Assembly (NCBI GenBank): GCA_028534125.1
Contig: CM052817.1
Coordinates: 24,554,001-24,618,000, forward strand
Source: Lama glama
Lineage: Eukaryota
DNA: 64,000 bases
Direction of reading: 5' to 3'
In this document: piece by piece, positions 14,532 through 26,400 of the stretch
Position numbering within the stretch: position 1 is the stretch's first letter
How the letters are laid out: the number at the start of each line of letters is the position of its first letter
Made by a program: the position numbers and the translations under genes
The notes under the pieces: generated by a model
Databases searched by the model: none
What the model saw: the letters and a program-made list of their open reading frames with translations, nothing else
What the model was told of the DNA's origin: nothing

Positions 14532-14706
14532 CAGTTCTGTCCAATTAAACTTTCTGTGATTGTGAAGTATTCTATTTCTATACTTTCCAATATGGGAGTC
14601 AGTAACCAGTGAGCACTGTTGAGCACTTCAACTAAAATTTTAATTTTAATTAATTTATATTTAGTTTTAAATAACTCCAGCTAAGGGCTCTCATATTCAA
14701 AAGTGA
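14532..14706. mobile_element. MER3-like hAT-Charlie DNA transposon
   Basis: cagttctgtccaattaaactttctgtgat…ttccaatatgg…gagcacttcaa…taattttaattaattt matches my recall of MER3. Confidence 0.75.
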
Positions 14707-15846
14707 AGTTATAATCTGATGTCCCTCTCTCTTAATATTGTGATTAAACTTTGTAAGTTAGACTAAAGGGACGAACCTCAAAATCAGTCCTGATAGTTTC
14801 ATATGTTATGAAATTCATGGACTGAGTCATAGCAATGTTTTTTTTTAAAGAAGCTGTTATATTTCTATCAGCCATCTAAAAATGCAGATAGACAAAAATC
14901 TTGTCCAGACACTCTTGTGTGAGGGCATTGGCCAAGAGATGGGAAATACACGGAGTACTTAGGGCACAGGCAGTGGAGGACCCATGCAAACAGCCAGCAA
15001 GGGGGATTGGGGGTGGTTCTTTTTTCTGCTTGTGAGAAACAGGAAAGGAAAAGAAGACATCTTCAAAGCTACAATTAGGAACATTTACCTTATGCAGATA
15101 GCAGTTGAGTAAAGGGAATGAAACTGCTCTCCATAGCAAATTTTTCAGAGTGTCCTTGTAAAAGTTTTTACAGACTCTCTCAATCTTCGCTCGTCGCCTT
15201 TGAAGTGAGGAGACAGAGGATCCCATTATCTTCACTTCTCAGGAAAGCATACTTTTTTGGTTTTCCATACGTGTTTTTCAGCTACGTGTTGATGAAAGCC
15301 AAGCTGCTTACAGATAAGATATAAGCAAAATGTCCCCATGGGATAACAGGTTTCTCTTTTTAATTTGTTTTAAAGAAATGTCACTGTGTAACTCAGGGTC
15401 AGTACATGTGAATGCCCATTGCATTTTTCCCTTCTCATATTGAGACACACAGTAACATTAGACACTGTTACTTGTCTCAGATAACATAGTGATCATATCC
15501 CAGCTGCTCTGAAACTTCTGAAACCTTGCTCCTGTTTTAGTGTAATGGACGCCTGCATTGCAAAGCCTCTGACATTTAATATTTTGTTTTCCCACGGCCC
15601 ATGTCAATAGTATAATTTCTTCTTTTGTTTCTGATTGTAACTTTCATACCCAAACCATCCTGGGATTAAAAAGAATACCTTTTTAGATTGATCTTAAAAT
15701 ATCATTTTCCCTCTCTAAGGGGAAACATACTGCAAAGAAAAAGGTTAAAGTCACGCTAGCTTAATATCGTGAATACGAGTAAAGCCTACAGGTAAATTGA
15801 ATTTGCCACCAGGTGATTTAACACTGCCTCATCCTTTGGTCCCCAG

Positions 15847-15963
15847 GTTATAGATCTGTACTGGGGAATTGATGAAGATGAATGGGACAGCCCCGAGCTC
15901 CAGAAGACCCGCATGAAGCTGCTTGAGGATTGTTTGAAAACTTCTGCAGGTCCATGTTTTGTT
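15847..15963 (+). CDS. NWD2: NWD2 internal coding exon (117 bp, phase 0-0), part of the N-terminal DUF4062/TIR-like region
   Basis: Translates to VIDLYWGIDEDEWDSPELQKTRMKLLEDCLKTSAGPCFV, near-identical to human NWD2 as I recall it (VIDLYWGVEEDEWDSPELQKTRMKLLENCLKTSAGPCFV). Acceptor cctcatcctttggtccccAG ends at 15846, with a branch-point-like TTTAAC at 15817-15822. Donor GTGGGT starts at 15964. The flanking exons (…NYGLEFQ and GLLGEKYGN…) were not found in the window. Confidence 0.95.
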
Positions 15964-16874
15964 GTGGGTATAAAAAAACTAATGCTTTCTATTAAATTGT
16001 AGAGGAATATGAGAATTCTTGCTGATTCGTAATTTTTAGGGGGCTTTTTAAATGGGGAAAAAATTCTTGCTTTTTATATCTACTTAAAATTTTCGAACTG
16101 TTTCCTTGCCCTCAGTGTGTGAGAACAAAACCCTCCGCTTTCCATAAGAAACACTGAGAATTAACAGTGAATAATTTGAAATGGTAATCAGAGAGATGAC
16201 TTGGGGCTGACGACAGTTTCCACGGCACCTTGTGATCAGCAGTACGGATGACTGGGTCAGCCCTACAGTAATTATTCTATTTTTCCTTCTCTTTTAAAAT
16301 GTAGTGTTCCATCATAGTAGCTCTGTTTCTCAACACTAGAATTTCTGGCATTTTAAAAAAAACACAGTGGCTGAAACATTGTTAAACCAAATATACAATG
16401 TCAGATCGGCCAATAGGAATTGTTACTCGGTAGGGGAAAAAAAATTGTTTTTGCAGTGATTTTTTGGCCAGAGATACTCAAGTGGAACATTATTATTAGT
16501 TTATCGTTATTTTCTAAAGAACATCCACTCCTCTGTGTAAACACAGTGGTAGTAAGAGAAGTAGGTCACTCTATGGCAGGTGATGGTACAAAATCACTGC
16601 CTTAATTTAGCTGAAGAAAGAACCTTATCTTGAATCCAGACAGCTCCTAGCCATTGATAGGGAAGTTTGCCCCTTTCGACATAGGATGTTCTGAGGCTGA
16701 CAGATGAGTATTAAAATTACTAGTAAAGAAAATAAATCATGTGATTAAAAGCTAGGTTCAGTGTTTCAGTAAAAGAGTTTTTAATATTAATTTGCATGTC
16801 CATCTATATAGTCAACTCCACATAGGATTTAAAGTATATAAATGCTCTATAATGTTTTTAGTATGTAGCCAAGT

Positions 16875-17480
16875 TATTCATTTATTCACCCATATTCACC
16901 CAGTACCTACTAGGAGAATGCTGTCCTGGGCCCAGGACTGCTCTTGGTGCTGGGGGTGCGGGAGGTTGACCTATGTGATATGGTCATGTTGTGGGCCAGT
17001 GTGTTATGATTTACCTTAGAATCTAAGGTAAATGAAATTACAGAGAGAGACTGTGTCATCCTTATGTGGGGCTAAGAGAACAGAGGAGGCAAAAGTCAAA
17101 GAAAAATGTAAAATAATAAGCCGGAGGGTGATAAATGATACAGAGGAGAGGAAATAGCACTGATGGGAGAAGGCCTCACTGATAAGGTGGCTGTAGAGGG
17201 GAGACAGGAAAGAGCTGAGTGAATATTGCAGCTGTGAGCTGTGAGAGGAAGTGGGACTTGGAAGCAGGTGGGTGAGAGGAGAGGTGAGTGTGGGAGTGGA
17301 GGCCGTATCATGGGGCTTTGTCATCTTGCAGTTGGTTATAGATTTGACCTTGACATGAGAAGCCAGAGTGTGCTGAGCAGAGGACTGAAGAGATCTGGCT
17401 GCTGGGTGTAGGACAGAGGATACAGCATGAGGAGACCCAATGGAAAGCTAACACAATGTCCAAACAAGAAGAGTGCATCG
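16875..17480 (-). mobile_element. L2 LINE fragment
   Basis: ttattcatttattcac tail; ggagaaggcctcactgataaggtgg; further L2 body blocks. Confidence 0.65.
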
Positions 17481-17554
17481 TTTTAAGGGGGTTGACGACA
17501 GGACATCTAAGAACAGTGTCCTGTGGTCTGAACAGAATGCATAAAGTCCTGAAA

Positions 17555-18075
17555 GCCATGTAGGTATCCAAAGAGCTAATGGTGGAAGAGGAATTAAGAC
17601 TTTTTTCCCATGAGTCTTCAGAGGATAGAACTAGACCAGTGGATGGAAATTACAAGGAGACAGACTTTAGCTCCAGGTGAAGCAGTTCGAAGATGCAGCT
17701 TTCTCTCTGGTTTTGGGTCACATATCCCGGGGTCTCACTAACATTTCATAACTGTGGGATGTTAGAGCAATGTCTTTACTGTTCTAAGCCTTGGCTTCCT
17801 TATCTGTAAAACAGAGATGCTGATAATAGTTACCCACCTCCTGGGATCTTTCTGGGGATGAAATGAAATTACAGAACACTTTTATAGTGTCTCACATATA
17901 ATGACCCACAAAAAGTGTTGTTGTTTGTTGTAATCATTATTATTCTCTCTCCAAGCTGTCTAAATTGTAATGAGTGCATCACCAAAAACGTTGTCATCAA
18001 ACTAGAAAATAAAACCACTCTGGCAGGGGTGCTTTAGAAGAGATTCAAACAATGGAAGACAAGATAGACTGGGTT
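17555..18075 (+). mobile_element. L3/CR1 LINE 3' fragment, split by a MIR
   Basis: gtggaagaggaattaagactt…cagaggatagaactagaccagtggatggaaattacaaggagacagacttt matches the L3 3' region; it resumes at ~17950 (aagctgtc…ccactctggcaggggtgctttagaagagattc). Confidence 0.75.
17710..17945 (+). mobile_element. MIR SINE inserted in L3
   Basis: ttctaagccttggcttccttatctgtaaaacagagatgctgataatagttacccacctcc. Confidence 0.8.
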
Positions 18076-19169
18076 CCATCATGTTTAGAGGCATAAAGAG
18101 CTATGTGTGTGCCCTGGGGCATCTCTATTACTATGATCTCCACAGCTTTAAATAATCCATCTTCAGAAATTCAGGAATGAGGGAGACATTCTCCCCCTTT
18201 TATCACCCTGTAGAGTATCATACCCAAACTAGCTAAAATTAGTCATGGCCATTCATTCCTATAATATGCTGGTATAGGAATGAATAATTTAAAGACTTTG
18301 CAAGTTCATGCAGGTTCTGAAAGTAAAGGTTAACTGTTAGAACATCAGTAGCAACTTCAGAGCGTAAACAAATCATTTATCCCTCCTTCTGCTTCCTGTT
18401 ACACGTTGACACTCAAGGCAACCACGCTAAATCCCTGTGGATAGAGCCAGGATTATTCACCCTGGTGATCCTAAATCATGCAAGGTTTATTTCACTGCTT
18501 ATGGGAAGAAGTACATCTCTTATGGCCTTTCCTGTTGTAACTATGGTAACAGTGGGCGCATATGTGTCGCTTTGGAGCTCAAGTTTCCTTACCCACTGCT
18601 CCCTTGTGATATTTCTAGAAGTCATGATGACCCCCGTGTGCTGCAAAGCATGGCATATTACTTCCCCTAATGCTGAAGTCTTTGGCAAGAACATTTGCCA
18701 TTGCTAATGGAAAAAAAAGTTTGTATATCTTCAAAGCCTTCACAGACATTAGCCCTTATGTCAGTTACCAATAAATTCAGGACCAAACAAAGCTTTCATT
18801 TTCAGCACCCAGGGAATTAAAGCCCAAAGGGAACTTGGACTTAAATGTCGTATGCACTTGGTTCTTTTCAACTTCATTTCCTAAAAGTTGTCCTTTGGGA
18901 TATGGCCCAAGGTCCTAGAGACATGCAGGCTATGCCTGCTGATCCCAGATTGTTGTTTGTACACATGCTTTTGGTCACTGGTTGGACAGAGGGGTAGAGT
19001 AAGGGGCCTGGACAGGTGTCCAGTTCCACTCTGAGGATTAACTTGGGAGACAGCACACTGAGAAGACAGCACCTCTACTGAGAAAGAAGAGCATTTGTAG
19101 ATGTGCATGTACAGGAAGGCACAGACAGTGGGGAAAACCCAGAATTTTTATTTCATAGCCAGAGTTAGA

Positions 19170-19370
19170 GCCCTAGTTCTGACAGGGCAAGTCACTGAGC
19201 TCACCATGCTTTAATTCTCACATCCATAAGATGGGGAGGGGGAAATAAGAGTAAAGAACAAGTAAATGTTGAATATATATCAAAGTTTTGTTATGGAAAC
19301 CAAATGTGACGGTCTACATGAGAATTCTTTGTGAGCTATACAGGGCCACACAACCATTAGTTATTATTAA
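19170..19370 (+). mobile_element. MIR fragment
   Basis: gggcaagtcactgagctc…ttctcacatccataagatgggg. Confidence 0.6.
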
Positions 19371-19723
19371 ATTGTGATTTCAGTTATTTTCAAATAAGAA
19401 TAAAATGTTTTTATTCATACTGGGCATGTATGTGATGTTGGAAATTTCCCTTTGAAAATGTTGATGAGAGTCTAAATGTAGAAAGTGTTAAGACTTGATT
19501 CAGACAGTCAAATATTAAAGAGTTTTTAAGTTCATTCTTAACATTGTAAAATGTACAGAGTATATATTAATTTGCTGAAATTTACTTAGTAAGACCTTTA
19601 CCTGCTCCCAAGGAGGGATTTTGAACAGGACTGCAATTAACAGGAAGACAGCTCACAGTTGAGTCCAAAGTTGCCATATGTTTCTCCTTTTAAGTACAGA
19701 GAATTGCCTCAGCCCTCACAAAG

Positions 19724-20849
19724 TGTGGAAAAGTTTAGCAGCATCTTTTCCCACCAACCTGTCCCACCCACTTAGTCCATAAAAATCCTTATGAAGGAGG
19801 TGAGGAATATTGCCTGTGGGAGAGAGAGCAGAGTCTGCGTCCATGCTACCTATCCCATCCCGTCCCTCTTCGAGTGCTTGTTTATGGAGACAGGGGGGTT
19901 TCTTCTCATCCCTCCAAATTTGGAGTACCCCAAAAGAATTACTTGTGGAGTTTGGGCTTTGACTCAGACCTTGAGCAAAGGTCTGCCTCCTGGAAGAAGT
20001 TGATAAAGGCAATTACTCTACTGACTTGAAGACCTGGAGTTTGAAAAGCTGAGATAGCTTTAGGGATGCTGCCCCCCAATGTAAGGGTGCTCTGGGGGGT
20101 GCAGACAGTATCTCACTACATTCCCTCAATCCACATGTGGAGATTTGCTGAGGGAAAGGGATTGGCAGGACCTAGGAGAGCCAGGTCCAGGCACCCAATA
20201 GAAAGAGGACCAGTTATGATGGAGACCAGGTAAGAGGAGGTTCCATGACTTCACATTCAGAGGGTGTTCCCCATCTCTTAGAATAAGGACAAAGGGAATC
20301 CTATCTGCGCCACTGTTCTGGGAATTGACAAAGCAATTAACAAGAGTCTCAGGAAGCCAAAGCCTGTGTAGCCATCCTCTCTGGGGCTACCAGATTGCAT
20401 GGCATTGGACAGAGGAGCAGCCAAGGCCAAAAGAGTGAGACTCCTGCCATCATTCTTACCTGAGTGTTTAATCTGATGCTGAAGCAGCCTTCCCGCCCAC
20501 CCCACAACATACACACACACTGCCAGCAGTGGCACAGATGGCTCGGGACAGAGAAGGAGCAGGCCATACTCTTGCCTACCACAGGGAAGGCAACCACTCC
20601 TGGCAGCCAATCTTAAAACCAGCATATACAAAGTGGAAAGAAGGAAGCTCAGAGATACATTTTGGGTTGGGCTGGATTTTAAAACCAGCAATGTGAAAAC
20701 ATAAGGAATTGGATTGAGAAATCTATTATTCAGCAAGTTTAAGTTTTTCAACTAGCCAGAAAAGACAAAGCCAAGTCCACGGATGTTATTGGTAAAGATC
20801 AAATCATTCCAAATTTGTACATCACTGATACTAGTGAATTAAACCTACA
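19724..20849 (+). mobile_element. Possible ancient solo LTR (LTR78/79-like)
   Basis: ~1.1 kb block richer in GC than its flanks, bounded by TGTGG…CCTACA; the 3' end resembles ancient eutherian LTR ends. No TSD seen. Confidence 0.3.
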
Positions 20850-21744
20850 GCATACTGATCAGTTCATCATCACCTGTGTCACCAAAGTTCCTTCAAAGTG
20901 AATTATGCCCACTTGATAGTTCAAGTTTAGTTTCTTTCTTTAAATAACTTTATTTAAGAAATTCATACAATGAGAGTTCTTAAATCATTGAGTTTTAAGA
21001 AAATGTTAGTGTTTTTATAACAGTTTAGTTTTTGGAAACTAAATTCTATCTACATTTTATCTACATTTCACCTTTGATTTACCATTTTAGGTATACTAAA
21101 TATTTTAGGCATAGTAAATAAAATACATGAAAAGTTTAAACAAGTGCTTAATCTTAACTTCTACTTTAATAAAATGTACAGGTTTTGTGTGATTTAATGA
21201 TCAAATTTATATATACAGATTTACTAATCAAAATGTACTAAAATGGAAAAATAGTCATTGATTTGAACTGAAAAATCATCTAAATTAAGCAGTCTAGACA
21301 TTAATTTTTTTAAAAAAAAGGACAATCTAATACCTCATATTTTCTAGATGTATTTTTCTTGCACAATCAAAAGAAAACATTCCTGATATGTAAAATTAAG
21401 CTTGTCCAGTTGAAATCAGCTAGACATCATAGTTCTAAGATGGGTTCCATAATAAATTGCTTGATTATCACCAAAAAAGTTAGAATAGGCAAACATTTAA
21501 AAATACTCTTGAGAAGGGAAAAAAAAAGCTAGTCATCTCATGGATAGAAGCCAAGAGAGAGCCATTTAGTTAATTACTGCTGTTTCTACAATAAATTTTT
21601 ATTGATACATAAGCTATTTTTATGGTATAACCCACTATATTTTTGTGTGGTATAAAGAATTATGGAGAAAAAGTGAACTGGAGAGTAGTTAACCTCTTTA
21701 TAACTTAATTGGTAAGAAAAAATTTCACTTAAAACTGTGATGCA

Positions 21745-23419
21745 AAGGACTTCTGAGTAGGACTACAATAACTTTAAAAAATTATAAATATCCTATTTTT
21801 AAAGAGCTAGTAGAGATCTGGAGACAAAAATGTTTAAAGTTAAATTCCAAAGAGGAGAGTTGTTCTTGCTGAGCTGGCTTTATAGATAGAGTCTCAAAAG
21901 CATCAGCAGTTGTCATCATGAGACATTGGAACAGATGGAATGATACAAAGCTGGGAGGGAAAAGCTTCTACAACCTCTTTGTGTCTAGGAGATAAAGTCC
22001 ACTAGAACATAACAGTAATTGTCTTGCCATTGGAACATTTTAATTAAAATAAAACTGATTAAAACTATAACCTGGTTGTACCCAGTTTGAATACTGAATA
22101 GATTGACATGACTATCCTCTCACTCTATTATCAGTCTAACACAGAAACATGAACCCCTAAATAAAAGTTACATAAAATGCCAAGAATACAATGAAAATTA
22201 CAACACATGTGAAGAATCAAGAAAATGATTACTAAATGAGGAAAATTTAGATAATAGAAGTCAACCTCCCAGATGACCAAGATGATGGAATTGGCAGTCA
22301 AAAACTATTAAATAACTGTTATAAATATGTTAATGAAAATAAAGGAAAAGATAGTTAAAAGGGATAAGATGGATAATTTCAAAGAAATGAAATCTATAAA
22401 AAAGAAATGGATATTTTAGAACAATATCTAAAATTAAAAACTTATTTGATGGGCTTAACAGTAGACTGAACACAGGGTAAGACTAGATTAGTGAACTCCA
22501 AGAGAAATCAATAGAAAATATCCAAATTGAAGCACAGACTGAAAAAAAAAAAAAACCAGGAAAAACAGAATAAAGCAGAAGAGACCTGTGAGGCACAGTC
22601 TCACATAAGTGTAACTGGGGTCCCATAAAAAGAGGATGGGAGAGAAGTAACAAATGAGAATTTTCCAAAACTGTTTAAAAGCATCAACCCACATGGGTTC
22701 AAAAAGCTCAGTAAACCACAAGCAAGAATATTGCTCCTGATAACATTATAATAAACTGTTGAAAACCAAAACTAAAACTGAAAATCAATCGAAAGGAAAA
22801 AAATCACTACCTTCAGAAAACAGACTTTTAGCTGATTTTTAATAAAGAAGCTTTGGAAATCAAAGGACAATGGAATATCATCTTTAAAGAGCTAAAATGA
22901 AAAAGACAACCAAGCTACATTGCCAAATGTAGTAAAAATATCCTGCAAAAGTAAAGACAAAAATCATGATATTTTCAGGCAAAAGTAAAGACTTAGTCAT
23001 CAGCTAACTCACATTTAAAGAAAAACTAAAAGGCGTTTTTCTGCCTTAGTAAAAATGACCACATATAAAAGCTCAAATCCCTAAGAAGGAATTAAGAGCA
23101 CTATAATGAAAGATGAAAGAACACTGACTATGTTAAGCTACAGTAATGATGCTGTGTGGAGGTTATAACATAAGATTAAAAGGGCAAAAGGGAAAATGCA
23201 GTTCCCTCTTTTAAAGGTAGTCTTACATTATTTGGGAAGTGATAAATGTCCAAAGTTTAAGCTGTAAAATGTCAAGAGTGAATACTGTAACATCCCTACA
23301 TATAGGAAAACCACTAAAGAGGATTACAAAAAGACATAAAAATCTCATGGCAGAGATACAATAGAATACTAAAAATAATTCCTTTAAAAAGAGCCTGGAA
23401 AAGAAGAATGAAGCATAAT
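21745..23419 (+). mobile_element. Old L1 (L1M-type), 5' region/ORF1/inter-ORF
   Basis: A-rich ORF1-like blocks: ttgatgggcttaacagtagactgaacacag…gattagtgaact…, caatggaatatcatctttaaagagct. Confidence 0.8.
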
Positions 23420-26400
23420 AGGTGGAGATGATGGCGGAGCAGGAAGACCCTCACCTCCTCTCATGGACGCATCAAGATTACACCTCTTTACAGAGCAACT
23501 GTTGATGAGAAAGACCAGAATCTAGGAGAAAAGAACTTCTACGACTAAAGAAGGAACCACAATGAGATGAGTAGGAGGAGTGTAGGCACAGTATAGTCAG
23601 GACCCATACACCCAAGTGGGCAACCCACAAACAGGTTAATTACCACTGCAGAGGTTCTCCCCAAGAAGCAACGGATCTGAGCCCTACACTGGGCTCCCAT
23701 GCCCAGGGGTCCTGCCGCAGGAAGACGGGCTCCTAGAACACTTGTTTTTGAAGGACAGTAGGGCTTACTTTTGGGAGACCCAGAGGGCTGTGGGAAATAG
23801 AGACTCCATTCTTAAAGGGGGCACACAGAATCTCATGTGCTCCAGGACCCTGGGCAGAAGCAGTAATTTGAAAAAAGCCTGGGTTAGACCCACCTGCTGA
23901 TCTTAGAGAGTCTCCTGGAGCGATGGAAGGTGACTGAAGCTCACTCTGGGGACACAGACACTGGCAGCAGCCATTTTTAGGAGCTTATCCTACCACATGT
24001 TCACTGGTGCTGGCAAGTGCATTTTTCCATCCTTCCTCTAGCTTATTACCCTCAGGACCCAGTCCCACCCACCAGCCTGTAGGCACCAGAACTGGGATGC
24101 CTCAGGCCAAACAACTAGCTGGGCAGGGACACAGCCTACCCACCTGCCTTAAAATGCCTGAGCCCACAGCCACACTGGGACGCAGACCTGTTCACCAGAG
24201 GGCCCAGGATGCAGCCCTGGCCTCACACCACTGGGCAGGCACCAGCCCTAGGAAACCCTGGAACCTGGCCATGCCCATCAGCCCCAGAATCACAGCAGCC
24301 TTACAGCCAGCCACGGCAGGGCCCATCCCACTCACCAGCATGCCAGTACCAGCTCCAGGGCCTTGCAGCTAGAGATCCTAGGAACAGACTCTACCCACCA
24401 GTGAGCCAGCACTAGCCCCAAGACCCCATGGGCCTTTGACCCATACACAAGCAGTCTAATACCAGCTCTGAGTCCTCTGGGACCCTGGGACCCGGTATGC
24501 CTGCTAGTGGGCTGGCACTAGCCCCAGGTCCCAGCTTCACCTACTGATGGTCAGACAATAACCCTGGGATTCCCTGGACCCAACCGTGCCTCCCAGTGGG
24601 TGGTCACCATCACCAGGGCCACTGCAGCCCCACAACCTGCCTTGTCAAGACCTAATCGACATACAGGCAGGCCAGCACTATCCCAAGAACCCCCAGGGCT
24701 CAGGCCTTGTCCACAAGCAGATAAGTCCAGGTCTTCCTCAGTAAGTGGTGCCAAGATCCAGCCCCACCCACCTGGAAGGCTGACACCAGCTTTGGGAACT
24801 TCAGGGTGCTGCATCCAGAGAAACTAGGGCCCAGCTCCATCAACCTGTGAGCCAGCACTAGCCCTGGGACCCCCCTCTGCCCTAGTCCCTGGCCCTGTCC
24901 ACCAGCACACCAACACCAGCTCTAAGATACCAAGGACTCCTCAGCCATCCACCCTGGGATCCAGTACCACTCACCAGCAGACCAGCACCAGTTTTACCCC
25001 AAAACCTTCAGCTAGACATATCAGGAATAGCCCCACCCACAAGCAGGGCAACATTAGAGCTGGGAGCGCCTTCCCTGTAACCACCACTCTAGAACCTGAC
25101 TCCACCCACCACTGAGTCACCAGTAGCCCAGGTATCCCCAGGATTCCAAAGCCAGCCTCCTCGTGACTGGGTCCTGCCAACCAGTGGCTGGTAGCCTCTG
25201 AATAAGGCAGGGCCGGGCAGCCAACCAGACCAGGGGCCAGCTGCAAAGGCTGACTACTGTGGGAGCTACCAGACCTCCCACAGTAGTCAGCCTGCCACAA
25301 CAGAAGGACCCACACAGCCCACTTAGAGGTGCTCCTAGAGCATATAGCTCTGGTGACCAGAAAGGAGTATGCTGCTGGGAAACATGGAAAGTGTCCTACA
25401 AATGGCCACTTCTCCCAGATTCAGAGGCATAACCAGCCTACCAGATACATAGAAATACAAACAACAAATTAGGCAAAACAAGAGGACAAAGGAACATGCT
25501 TCAAATAAAGGAACAAGGTAAAACCTCAGAAGAACTAAGTGGAGATAAGCAATCTAACCAGTAAAGAGTTCAAAGTAATGATTGTAAAGATGATCAAAGA
25601 ACTCAGGAGAATGCGTGAACAGAATGAGAAGTTAGATGTTTTTAACAAAAAGTTAGAAAATATAAAAAACCAAACAGATATGAAGAATACAATAACTAAA
25701 ATAAAAAATACACTGAAGGGTATATGTATGTATATATATGGCTGAACTATACTTCAATAAAAGAAAAAAAACACTGAAGGGAAACAACAGTAGATTAAAT
25801 GATACAAAAGAACAGGTCAGTGAACTTGAAGATAGAGTAATGGTAATTATTGAACAGAAAAAAGAATGAAAAATGAGGACAGGTTAAGAGACCTCTGGGA
25901 CAACACCAGTCATACCAACATTTGGATTATAGGGTCCCAGAAGGAGAAGTGGTGGAGAAAGGGGCAGAGAACATATTTGAAGACATAATAGCTGAAAACT
26001 TACCTAACTTGGAAAAGGAAACGGCCAGATTCAGGAATGACAGAGAGACCCAGACAGGATCAACCCAAAGGGGGCCAAACCAAGACATATTATAATTAAA
26101 ATGGCAAAATTTAAAGATAAAGAGAGAGATTAAAAATAGCAAGGGAAAAGCAACAACTTACACACAAGGGAATGCCCATAAGGATATCAGCTGACTTTTT
26201 AGCAGAAACTCTGCAGGCCGGAAGGAAGTGACAGAATATATTTAAAGCAATGAAAAGGAAAAGCCTACAACCAAGAACACTCTCCCTGGCAAGGCTCTCA
26301 TTCCGATTTGATGGAAAGATCAATGGTTTTACCGACAGGCAAAAGTTAAGAGTTTAGCACCACCAAACCAGCTTGATAAGAAATGTTAAAGGGACTTCTG

